Source of the DNA: Aplysia californica
Taxonomy: Eukaryota
Reading direction: 5' to 3'
DNA: 64,000 bases
NCBI RefSeq assembly: GCF_000002075.1
Contig: NW_004797272.1
Location: 867,369-931,368 of the forward strand
Both the position numbers and the translations under genes were made by a program. Position 1 is the first letter of the stretch. Every line of letters starts with the position of its first letter. The notes beneath the pieces were generated by a model. That model was not told the origin of the DNA. It searched no databases and saw only the letters and a list, made by a program, of their open reading frames with translations. This document shows positions 11,301 through 39,793 of the stretch, piece by piece.

Positions 11301-14300
11301 TGCCTCACAAATGACTTCATCACACAGAGCTGAAGGGTTGTTACTTGTAAGGCCACGGTTAGGACAGACACTCTCAATTTTCACTACAAAGAAGTTAAAA
11401 ATTTGTAGCATCACTTGGATTTAACTAAAGAAGTTGATTTAACCTTAATCTCCATAATATAAAAGTAAAGATGAAAGTCATCAGTCAAATTATGCACAAA
11501 ATCCTCATTTAAACATTCGTTCAAAACATAGCTCACCTATGCACAGAAATGATTGATGTGAAAAGTCTTGGAGACCCAGGGACCTAGACACAGAGGGAAG
11601 ACAAAAGCATATCCAAATTAGTGATGCAGTCTGAGACATCTGTACATCTTAGAAGTCTCATGAACTCTAAGAGACATTTACAACAAAAGAACAGTGCCAG
11701 TTGAAGAGAAAATATTCACAATGATGAGGAACACAGAGAGGGTTTCAGTTAGGCATTGACAATTTTGACTAAAAATATAAATAAATTTGCACACACATTA
11801 TTATAACATTTGTAGAGATGAATTTCTACACAATAAAAGATCAAAGAGCTGACAAACCTCATGGCTACAAGCACCATTAGAAAAAGGATTTATGTTCTAG
11901 CACTAGGACAACACCTAGCCAAAATGCAGACCTAATGATGCAATGCTTAACTTAAAGGAGCAGAGCTAGTCACAGGATGTGACTTATTAAAGAACAAGGC
12001 CAACCACCCTCCTTCCACATACATGAAGAAAAGGCTGAAAATGAAAAAAAATAAATTTAATTCAAGTATCTTTAAGGTGTTCAAACATTCTAACTCAAAA
12101 GAAATACTGTAACAAGACTCACCAAATTTGTGAAGATGAATTCAAAACGAGTTGACCCACATTTGCAAAGAATATACAATGCTTCCACTGTGCCTCTGAG
12201 TTTCTGTAAATAGTACATTGATTGATATGTGATAATTACTATTAACTTGATCTGCTATACAGCCCTACGAATGAATATGAGCCCTTCTAAACCTTTCTGA
12301 TTTTGCACTGATATTGCAGCTGCTTCTAAACATAAGCACAGAGCTTTCAAGTTACATTACAAAGGAACACCAAAACCATAAACACCAAGAATACTTTCCA
12401 CATTTATGAAATTATGCATTATGTGTCTGTCCAAAAGCTCAAGAAATTTTCTAAAGAAGGAAAACAAAAGAAAAGACAAAAGCCAGACTGAAAATTAAAA
12501 CTCCCATTCCTTTCTGTTCAAAATTCTCATAGACAGAATACACACGCCAATTTTCTCCTCTGGACCATAGAGTATATACAAAATTAGATGAAAACAAAGT
12601 CTGTAACAATCTGATAGAATGATGTACAATTGAAGCAAAATAAAAGTGACTGAATACACTCACAGACTGTGCTGTTCTAGTTGAGATTCCTATGACACAG
12701 TTGAAGCCAATGGCTGCAAAAAAGTGTAAAAGAATTCATCTCTATAGTAGCACGCACATATAACAAACTTCTAAAAAAAATGTCTGAAAGAAGATGAATG
12801 GATTAAAGATTAACGATGTAAACATCTAGAAGGCTATACAAGAGACTGACAAATTTTACCTCTCAAGCCAAGAAACTGCAAATATCGTAAACATATAGTA
12901 ACTGAGCTATTTTTTTCTGATTTTCAATTTTATTTTTTTTACACTTCACAACCTAAGACAGTGCCTTGTAAATTTTAAAAAATTGGAGGAAGTTTTTCCA
13001 CAGCTGCTCAGTGGAGGAATTCCCACCCACAGCGCCTGAAGAGAGGCACCTACTTAGACATTGACCACATTTAAATCTGGTCTAAAAACACAAATTAAAA
13101 TCCTATTTCACTAACAAATTTGATTCTTGTTTTGACAACAGGTGTGATAAGTTGCCACAATGATTGTCTTTTTGCAGGTGTACATGTATTTGAAAGGATT
13201 GTTCTATGTCGAATGGGCCAGTATGCATGAAACGTTTAATTCAAATCTTATTTTATTGTGAAGCGCCTAGAGCCACTTGGGGGGGGGGGGGGGGGGGTGT
13301 GCTATAGAAGTGATCTTTATTATTTATGGCTTTTAGCGCCTCAAATATAGAGTAGACATACAAATGAGGGCTCTCATGGCCTAGAGGTTAAGGTGTTCGC
13401 TTCTCATTCGAAGGTCTCGGGTTTGAATCTCGGTAGCGAATGAAAATATTTTCTTCTCTAAAATTGTCTCCTTTCTCCTCATTTCCTGCTCTCTAACATC
13501 ATCTGCTTTCATCTCCACTTTCTGCCCCCACTCCCTCTCTCCTTTGCCCCCTCCTCTAGGAACTTGACTCTTTCTGCAGCTTTTCTACTGCTACTCCCTG
13601 GCTCCTTCTTACTGCTGTCTTTCAGCCACACCCCTGATCTTATGGTAGGCTCAGAGGTCCCGTGTGCAAGTTGCACACATTAAAGATCCCTTGGTGGTCT
13701 AAAATCGATAAGAGTAGGCTTCGGCTGCCACCCAGGCAAAATTCAAAATTTTCAACCTACTGAAAAGGTTTAATGTGTCCGGCGCCCTCCTATGACCTTA
13801 TGCAGTTGTGAGCGCCGTAAAACACCTACATTAAAAAAAAAAGACCTAGGCCCTACATATAATTATTTACAACTGCAATTTAGAGACAGGTCATAATATA
13901 ACTCAAACAATGCCAGGCTACAACAGAAATATTGCAAAACCTATAAACATCCTTATTCAGCATTATTTCTTCTATGTCATTTCAACTTTAGGACTCCAAA
14001 TGCTAATGGAAAGCATTATAAATGATTATCTTTTGTAAGCAAATTTTTTACAAACAACATTATGAAATACAACTCTGATACAAAATATTAAATAAATTTG
14101 CAGTAAGATTCAAATCGCATTTTAACACTTTTATGTTCATTGTGAGCATTGTCTTACTTACATAAATTGGCTCTTGGCATTTCAATGGAGTGCCATATTA
14201 TCCGTAAATTTGTGACCATCAGACGACCTGAAATAGAAAGTCATATTATACAATCTTCATTTTTGTGTAGGAATTTAGTGCTGCTTAGCTAAAACAGTAT

Positions 14301-16426
14301 CGGAATGCAACCAATACAAATCTGAATGATAATGACTTTTGAAATAAAAGAAGGTAAATGAAATTTAATTTCTGACAGACATAAAAGCTGAATATATGAC
14401 AAAGGCGGTCCTCTTACAATTATGCTTTTCCCTTCAATACACTCCAGCTACCAACAACCACCAACTTTTGCATGCATTCTTGTTAACTTTAACTTTCAAC
14501 ACAGAATGAAAAGAAGATTGAGAAATATGCAGAACTCATACCTTACTCTTTATCCGCCTTCACAATAAAAGATAAAAACCAGTATCATAGAGACATAGCA
14601 TCTCTTTCATTACTTGCTCTACAGGAACAATTTACTCACCTCTGTCTCCATTGTTTCCTTTTGTGTCCTCAACAGCATCCAACTGATCAATCAACTTCTC
14701 TCCTGGTCGCATTTTCATTTGACTGAAAACAAAATTGGCTCCTGAGACTCTGAATTTCAACTAGTCCACTAAAAAAGCATCACAAAGTTTTCTCAAAATT
14801 AGACATGAGAGTGCCAGAGCTTATAATTTGTGGTACACTGATTTTATCCCTTACAGTACAGAGAAAATGATATCATTCTTTGAGTGTATGCTCTCAAGAC
14901 CATTGAAATGAACGGTAAAAAATTAAAAAGATCAAATTTAAGTGTAATATAATAATAATAGTCCAGTGTTGCTTTGGTGCCTTCAAGTAAAAATGAAATA
15001 TAAGTAAGGCCTACTTGCTCCTCCACCCACATCACATAGAGAGGTACTAGTTTAAACCCAACTGAAGTTATTTGGGGGTACATATCAAAATCAAAACAAA
15101 TGCTGAATCTTGATTTGGAAGAGAGAATGTAGAGGCCTCTAATCCAGTACCACTATAGGCCTACAGGTTTTAACATTTAAATATATGTAATCGATGAGCT
15201 GGATAGAGTAGGCCTACTTTGGCAAGACAAGGCCTTTAAAGAAGAGCACTTGAAATGTAACAAGACAGTGGGAAACAGGAGAACAATTATTTGAATCATA
15301 ACTTTCTGTCCTTAGAATTGTGGAACAACTATTATATCAACTTTATATATACATATATATATGTGTGTGCATGACACGGACAATAGATCTATATGAGAGC
15401 AATCTAAGATAAGAAATTAAGAACAAAAAAATGTAATTTTTTACTTTAAAAGATATTAGATCTTTTTAAAAAGTCAATACTATACACAAGGAGTTCCGCA
15501 GAGGACCTGCCTACTAACAAACACAAAAGAGGGGATGTTTTGAGCAGGGAATAACTCTAAACCCTAACCCTAAACCTAACTCGGTACAGTTTGCTCAGTG
15601 GACCTTGTCACGGTAAGTGCCGGCCCAGTGCAGAACTCCTCCGGTCAAACAATTATCCATTTTAAAATTTAAAAATTGGGAACTGTGACTGGCCCAAAGC
15701 ATAGAGAGAGGCCCAGCTACTGTTCTGTCATAAAAATCTGTTTAGAATGTATTGAACCTTGTTAAGAGTCGCAGCAAAATGTTCGGCACTTTTCGGTAGT
15801 TCCCACCCCCAAATCATTATTCGCCGGTTGTGGCCCCAAGGGGGTTTCAGGCTGACCGGAATAAAAACATTGGGGGGGCATGCTTCCCAGAATTTTACCA
15901 TAATTTGATGTTTTGCAGTTAGGTTTGATATCTTTCGCTCGCCGTGCACCAAACATTATATAGCCTAGATCTAGATTCAAGATCCAAATAAGGGAGGTGG
16001 GAACAACCGAAAAAGCTCCAAACTGGACCAAATGTTGTTCAATCCTCCCTTTCTCAGCAGTGCTGGTTGCAAGAACAGGACACTGAAAGTAGATTATTTT
16101 ATCAAGATCTAGACCTGATGTTAGTTTTCTTGGAAAGTGAATCTCAAGACTGAAGACTAGATCTAGATCTATCTAGATTCTAGATCTTCGAACTTAAAAT
16201 TTTAAAGATAAAAATATTTGTACGATTTACGACACCGTTGTTGACCGAGAAATTCTTTAAATTCTTTTCTGCGGGAAGGAGGGGTGGGAAGAGCAACGTA
16301 TGACATTATTAATGCAGCGCAAATGCTACAAACTACTAATAAGAGTACAGATTTTTGCAAGTGCTTTTACCTTGAACTAACATCAAACCGAACATCTCGG
16401 TCTTCCCAGAGTGGTTCCACCGCCAT
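5366..16426 (-). CDS. BBS5: Bardet-Biedl syndrome 5 protein (BBSome subunit), 12 coding exons, 341 aa
   Basis: Exons (minus strand, 5'->3'): 16371-16426, 14640-14722, 14162-14227, 12664-12713, 12123-12203, 11537-11583, 10356-10491, 9477-9572, 8921-8983, 7851-7985, 6999-7082, 5366-5494. All junctions are GT-AG with consistent phases; total 1026 nt. Translation [15 protein letters not shown]...[24 protein letters not shown]...[17 protein letters not shown]...[22 protein letters not shown]...[12 protein letters not shown]...[39 protein letters not shown] is recognisably BBS5. Confidence 0.97.
5693..6042 (-). mobile_element. tRNA-derived CORE-type SINE with L2-like tail (family A)
   Basis: Near-identical reverse complement of 30955-31300: A/B boxes, CORE-like TGTGTCCTTGGGAAAGGCACTTTAC, (TAT)n tail. 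Confidence 0.85.
6400..6886 (+). mobile_element. 5'-truncated RTE-clade LINE in the last BBS5 intron, with 14-bp TSD
   Basis: Open frame ...[10 protein letters not shown]...RIRNEELW...[11 protein letters not shown]...GRPRETW...AQDRDKW; TGA-repeat tail; perfect TSD ATATGTATTCCAAA at 6386-6399 and 6887-6900. Confidence 0.9.
8022..8390. mobile_element. Unclassified TIR MITE (family C)
   Basis: Ends TGTGAGACATCATGGTGAAATCAGG ... CTGATTCCACCGCAACATGACACA; related copies at 10876-11312, 32731-33175 and 49168-49566. Confidence 0.7.
10876..11312. mobile_element. TIR MITE family C (inverted copy) in BBS5 intron 6
   Basis: TGTGTCGCGACACGATGGAATCAGGCGC ... GCGCCTGAATTCACCATGATGCCTCACAAAT. Confidence 0.7.
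13368..13835 (+). mobile_element. tRNA-derived Meta/MESC-type SINE (family B)
   Basis: A box TGGCCTAGAGG, B-box-like GGTTTGAATC, central GTCCCGTGTGCAAGTTGCACACATTAAAGATCCC, 3' ATGACCTTATGCAGTTG..CGTAAAA; six copies in the window. Confidence 0.8.
15786..16018. mobile_element. MITE family D (second copy at 54384-54696)
   Basis: TIR TTTTCGGTAGTTCCCAC ... GTGGGAACAACCGAAAAAG; internal similarity to the 54.4-kb copy. Confidence 0.7.
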
Positions 16427-17414
16427 TTTGACGCCAATATGTTACCAACGAGAATGCGGAATAAGAAATCTTGTATTCTGAAGACCACGGAAAGAAACTA
16501 TTCGACTGGTCGAGTCGAGAGTCGAGAGCCGAAAATCGATTTAGTAGGCCTAGTAGCCTAAGTGGGCCCAGTGGTCAACTCGGAAACTCGACGCTGACAG
16601 ACAAACTCGAAAACGAAGGGGGTTCAATATTGTTCATTGACAAAGAGTAGTCAACTTTCTTTTAACTTAAACATTCAGAGCACTCTTTGTCCTTTATGAT
16701 AGCCATGGCCATAATATAACAAACGGGTTTTGTTTTTTGTTGCTATTTGTTTATTATTTGCTTTTTTACACACTCAAAACTGTCAAAACACTGTTTTGAC
16801 CTGGTTTTCGTATGTCCTGCTTCTCTTTTTAATTTTTAGCTGTAAATCCTGCTGACAATTTTTTTAAACATTTACAAATGAAGATGACCCCGACCACTAT
16901 TTTAAATTGCCCTCCCCCTNNNNNNNNNNNNNNNNNNNNNNNNNNNNNNNNNNNNNNNNNNNNNNNNNNNNNNNNNNNNNNNNNNNNNNNNNNNNNNNNN
17001 NNNNNNNNNNNNNNNNNNNNNNNNNNNNNNNNNNNNNNNNNNNNNNNNNNTTTCATTGTTATCACCACGCCATATAGGCAGTAACTAATACCCAAGTTAC
17101 CCAAGAATAAACGAATCGGAATGGCGCCTATGCGTTTTGGGTGGTATCGTGTAACTCCTGTTTATGACACAGCACAAGAGAGAAACCAGTATAAATTAAG
17201 TAGTAGTAGCCACACTACATCAATCTCATTTATTTGTACACATGCCGCATAGGTTCAACTTCTCTTTCAACACTGCAAGGTTGTCTAAGAGGCAGGACTT
17301 CCAAATTGAACATCCATCCGTGATGGGACCGAGCCAATACTCACGATGTGCTGTGCCGATTTGTTTACACTTCCAATTATTCTCATGTTCATTTATTTAT
17401 TTATTTATGTTTTG

Positions 17415-17919
17415 GTAAGTGTTTTGTGGCGCTCGTAACTGCATAAAGTCACATTATTATGAGCGCGCGGGACACATTATTCATTAACATTTTCAATTGG
17501 TAAGAAATTTTTAATTTTGCTGATGGCGTCCGAAGCCTACTCTTATTGATTTTGGACCACCAAGGGATCTTTTATGTGCGGAACTTGCACACAGAAACTC
17601 AGAGATTTTTCGCCCTTATCCAAGAAGGCTAGGTGTAGATCTTACCTATCTTTAGATCAGGGGTGTGGCTGAAAGACAGCAGTAAGAAGGAGCCAAGGAG
17701 TAGCAGTAGAAAGGCTGCAGAAAGAGTCAGGAGCCCAGAGGAGGGGGCAAATGAGGTTGGGGCAGGAGGCAGAAATAGGAGATGAAAGCAGACGATAGAA
17801 CATTGTTAGAGAGCACTAAAGGAGGTAAAAGGAAAACATTTTCCTTCGCTATCCGGATTCGAACCCGAGATCTTTGAATGAGAGGCGAACACTTTAACCT
17901 CTAGGCCAGGAGAGCTCCC
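17415..17919 (-). mobile_element. SINE family B copy
   Basis: Reverse complement of the 13368 and 62071 copies, including the tRNA-like head. Confidence 0.8.
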
Positions 17920-18395
17920 ATATATTCACTTTGAAGGAGGCTTTGTTTAAGTCCAGAGTTGTTCCTGATTGTACTTGCCATTCCAGTCTCTCCTGGAGGT
18001 TTTTTTTCATGTTCTTGTAGTTGTTTAGTAGACAGTATACACCAGTACGGGTGTGAGTGTGAGACCATGTTGTAGTGAAAGGACCGAACAAAGAGGGTGG
18101 AGGGTTCTGTAAACTCTCCAAATAATATAACCTAAGTTAAAAACGTTCCTTCGGTAAGATCAGATCAGGGCCATCTGTGCAGTAGTCCAACAACAATGCC
18201 ACAATCCAACTCATTTTCAACTGTACTCAACAAGATCAAATTTTACAAATGTAATAATGTATTAGACAGATGAGTCATTGGTTGCAACAAGACTAAATAT
18301 GTATGAAGAAAAACACCAGGATACAATGACAGCCACAAAAACAGTTACTAAAGAATGACACAGAAGTAGAAATCAGTAACGATAACAGATTCTAT

Positions 18396-18697
18396 AGATT
18401 AACGATAAGAAAGATATGGGACAACTCATTACGTGTAGCACTCACAGAAAGATTAACAATAAGAAAGATATGGGACAACTCATTACGTGTAGCACTCACA
18501 GAAAGATTAACAATAAGAAAGATATGGGACAACTCAGTACGTGTAGCACTCACAGAAAGATTAACAATAAGAAAGATATGGGACAACTCAGCACGGGTTG
18601 CACTCACAGAAAGATTAACAATAAGATGGAACAACTCAGTACGGGTAGCACTCACAGAAAGATTAACAATAAGAAAGATATGGGACAACTCGGTACT
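18396..18697. repeat. 54-bp minisatellite, about 5.5 units
   Basis: Unit AGATTAACAATAAGAAAGATATGGGACAACTCATTACGTGTAGCACTCACAGAA in direct tandem; one unit carries a short deletion. Confidence 0.92.
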
Positions 18698-19226
18698 CAA
18701 TACGTGTCACACCATGCTTCAGCCACCTGGTGCATCCAAATTTATGATGGGCAAGGCATGCATACCTGTGACCCTTTTTTGGAAACGATAAAAAATAATA
18801 TGTCCAAGATGTCATAGTAAGAGACTAATACATTGATCTTCGTCTCTATTTTGTCTTCTTTTGAATTCTGTTAGTTGATTCTCATGTGTGGCAAAGTGTA
18901 CGCTATTCCAACCAGTCACAGTTCAAGCTGAGTTGCATGTATGAGTTTGAGTTTCTTTTTTCTCATTTGCAAGCGCCAGATTTTGTAAAAATTTCAAAAG
19001 CCACAAGATCGACTTATTAACCTTTTCCAATTTTAAACTGGCATGAAGATAGCACTTTCACACAAAACCTTGGCCATGTTTTCCTTTAACAGAGAAGGCC
19101 TTCAATCCTACTTTCCCGAGGACCACATATTTATGCGTTATTTCTACAAGTCCATATAACAGAACTGTCATCATAGAGAAAATAAGTCCACATCTGTATA
19201 AATTCTGTTTGATCCACAGCATGAGT

Positions 19227-19480
19227 TTAACCCCTATCCGTACGCCTGGGGTCATTTTGTACCCCAGGGGTTGTATTCTTCACATTTTAGAATACTTCTA
19301 GGGCGAGGATCTCTTTGAAACTTTCCGTATTTCTCAAAACATCATTTTGACAGACTGCTATGCAAAGCATACAGATCGGACTAACGAGTAAATTTCCTCT
19401 TTGGAAAGTGGGGTACAGACACAGAGTTCCCCATATCGTATGGATACGATAGCAAAACACGACGTACGAATAGGGTTTAA
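19227..19480. mobile_element. TTAA-flanked piggyBac-like MITE (related copy 46394-46601)
   Basis: TTAACCCCTATCCGTACG ... CGTACGAATAGGGTTTAA. Confidence 0.7.
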
Positions 19481-19564
19481 AAGTCCTCTGGCTCAGACAT
19501 CTCACTGTCAGCTTGTGAAGAATGGGCGGTAATTCTATTCAATGATGCTTTTGGGTTTTTTTTA

Positions 19565-19915
19565 GGTAAGTGTTTTACGGCATCCATAACTGCATAAAGT
19601 CTTATGAGCGTTTGTGACACATTAAACATTTTAAGTTTGGTTGGAATTTTGAATTTTGCCCAGGTGTTGGCCAAAGCCTACTCTTATTGATTTTAAGACC
19701 ACCAAGGGATTTTTAACGTGTGCAACTTGCAAACGGGACCTCTGAGATTTTTCACCTTTATTCAAGAAGGCTAGGTGTTAGATGTTCCCTATTATAAGAT
19801 CAGGGGTGTAGTTGAAAGACAGCAGTAAGAAGGAGCCAAGGAGTAATAGTTGAAAGGCTGCAGAAAGAGTCAGGAGCAAAGAGGAGGAGGCAAAAGGAAG
19901 GGGGGGGGGGGGGGG
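19565..19915 (-). mobile_element. SINE family B, 5'-truncated
   Basis: Homologous to the central and 3' part of the 39268-39793 copy. Confidence 0.75.
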
Positions 19916-21234
19916 GCTATGATGTACAGAAACATGCCACAAATACAAAGTACAAAAGAAAAGTCACTCAACAAAATTATTTTGTTGTTTTCTTCACTTA
20001 TGAGTAAGAGTACCCAGTCTTTTTTATTATCATTTTATATCAGTTCAGTTCCGTTTGTCACATATTTCAACTGACAACAAGCACATGTAAATCCATACCA
20101 CTATCCAGATCAGCATACACCAAAGTACCATGACGGTGAAAGATAAAAAATTGTTCTTCGTCAACTCAAACAAGTTTCGATGCAGAACATAAATCCTGTG
20201 TTAAATCATCTCTCAACTCCTTTTACCTCCAAGATTACCAAGAGAGAAAGATAGAAAAATATCCATAATGCGCTTCATGTGAGGTTAGAAACAAACCGAC
20301 TCTAAACCAGACTAAACCTGCTTTATCTTGAGAAGTACCGGGGTATAAAGAGAAATAAATGACACCATAACAAACAAACACCAGACTCATGACAACAAAT
20401 CTCTCCCTGTGAGCACAATCAGAAGGTATAAATGAACGTGTAGCCTAATTCAAATTCTACAAATTCATACCTCTTTGCTATCTCACAATACACACACACA
20501 TACAACAAGTTAACACATACTCATCTATATTAAACAACTTGGAATACCACTTCAATATTTCCTTTAAAAAAGCCCAAAAGTAACTTAAAAGCCCCCGATA
20601 TTTATTACGTTTGGAGATTTTAAAAAAGGGGACACAGGTATGTTTTTCATATCACCTTTTTTTTTGCTTTCCAGTAATAAAACTGGAAGTGAAATCAATA
20701 CATCTTATTCTTCACTCAAACCCTACAATTGCACAAAAAACTGCCAAATACACACATGGACCCTATCACAATGAAAAACAGCGACTATCAAATGTTTGAG
20801 AACCTACCATCAATAGGACAAAGAAATGTTGATACTGCATTTAAAAAGTAGGGAGCTTTCAACTGTTTGTTTTAACCCCCCCCCCCCCCAGAAATTTAAG
20901 AACACTATATAATATATTCATTGCAGTGCACCCACAACTAATGAAAATATGAAACTTTCTTTAACTCTTTTCAGATTGCAGACGAAACGGATAAAAGTAA
21001 AGTAGCCCCCCCCCCCCCCCCCTCGAACATGCATGCAGTTCTGTAGTCACCAAAAGAGCCATGGTAAGTCTCACAGTAACAGTAAACAACTGGTTCTGAT
21101 AGTCGATGTTCCCAAAGACATTGTGGGAGGGGGTCTTGGAGGGGCGGGGCGGGGTGTGATATTCTTCAATTCTAACGTTAAAAAAAGTGCACAACATCTT
21201 AGACAACAGTTTTTGACCCTCCTCAAACCTACTC

Positions 21235-38322
<17,088 letters not shown>

Positions 38323-39267
38323 GGCTATATCTGAAAAATAACGACTATTTTTAAAAATCCAAAAATATAACTAGGGCAGGAATGGAGACAAACTACAAGT
38401 AAGTCATTGCTTAATTTTAAGAACTTGGTCACCAGACAAAAAAGAAGGTACGTGGAGAGACCAGATCTTTACAATTAGAGGGAACTTCAAGGGGCACCAC
38501 ACAGACTCAGCTTCTAATCGTTACCACCACAGTTAACAAAAATTATGGCAATTTAGCCCCCAGATCAGAGCATCTGCGTGCGGTTCTAAAAGTAAAAATT
38601 TACCCATTAAATAAATGTAGGCCTGATTCTTTAAAAATTTATTAAGCCTAGGCCTACTTTACTTAATTTCACTTCAGAAATTTTTAATCATGAGCATTTA
38701 TAAATACACAAGGTACAGAAAAAAGCAAAAAGAGCGGCGGGAAATTTCTTCAGACTTCAGCTGACAAACGACAGATCAAGTGAAGAGCTGATATAATAAA
38801 GTAAAGCGAGTTCAATTAACAAAAGGCACATTTTCACCACATGTCCAGTGCCCATTGGCACAATCAGTGCACTCTTTTGGGAGAAGTAGTCCCAGACTAA
38901 CTCCAGAGAAATTTATATACACACAATCAGAAACAAAAACGAAAGTCGAGTAAAAAAAATGCCGAGTTGCAAGGGTGAAAAGGGCCACCGGTAAATTTAT
39001 ATATAGAAAAGGTCCAAACCCATTTCAGACATAATTTGAGAAAGTTTTAAATTTTAAAATTAAATCAGGAGGCAAAAATGTATGGAAAAGACAGGAAATC
39101 GGGCTTGTTTATAACTGGATTTGGACCTTTTCTAGGCCTAATAATACCAGGGCACCCAATGAGGAAAAAAATTATGGAGAAAATATATCGAAAAACATAA
39201 ATTTTTAAAAAAGCAAAAAAAAATTAATAAAATGCTAAGCCAGCTTTTTTACTCTACTTCCATTTTA

Positions 39268-39793
39268 TGTTGTTTTGTTTAGTAAAGGGTTTTACGACGC
39301 TCGCAACTGCATAAGGTCATATGAGCGCGGGACACACCTAATACTTTTTCGTTGGTAGGAAATTTTGAATTTTGCCCGGGTGGCGGCCGAAGCCTGCTCT
39401 TATCGATTTTAGACCACCAAGGGATCTTTAACGTGCGCAACTTGCACACGGGCCCTCCGAGATTTTTCGCCCTTGTCCGAGAAGGCTAGGTGTAGATCTT
39501 TCCTACCAGAAGATCAGGGGTGTGGCAGAAAGACAGCAGTTAGGAAGAGCCAAGGAGTAGCAGTAGAAAGGCTGCAGAAAGAGTCAGGAGCCCAGAGGAG
39601 GGGGCAAAGGAGGTGAGGGGGTGGGGGCAGAAAGTGGAAATGAAAGCAGACAACAGAACAATGCTAGAGAGCAGGAAAGGAGGTGAAAGGAGACAATTTT
39701 AGAGAAGAAAATTTTTTGGTCGCTACCCGGATTCGAACCCGGGACCTTTGAATGAGAGGCCAACACCTTAACCTCTAGACCACGAGAGCCCCC
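39268..39793 (-). mobile_element. SINE family B, full length, with 12-bp TSD
   Basis: Intact A/B boxes (GGTTCGAATCC on the minus strand); TSD ACTTCCATTTTA at 39256-39267 and 39794-39805. Confidence 0.88.

Noticed and set aside
11625-11670. Mutually exclusive alternative BBS5 exon 7
   Set aside because: Only about 45 nt are homologous, it lies upstream of exon 6 in transcript order, and it has no matching donor; treated as a duplication remnant.
18392-18817. Repetitive ORFs on both strands / CRISPR-like array
   Set aside because: Contiguous 54-bp tandem units with no unique spacers; ORFs arise because the unit length is a multiple of 3; eukaryotic context with no cas genes.
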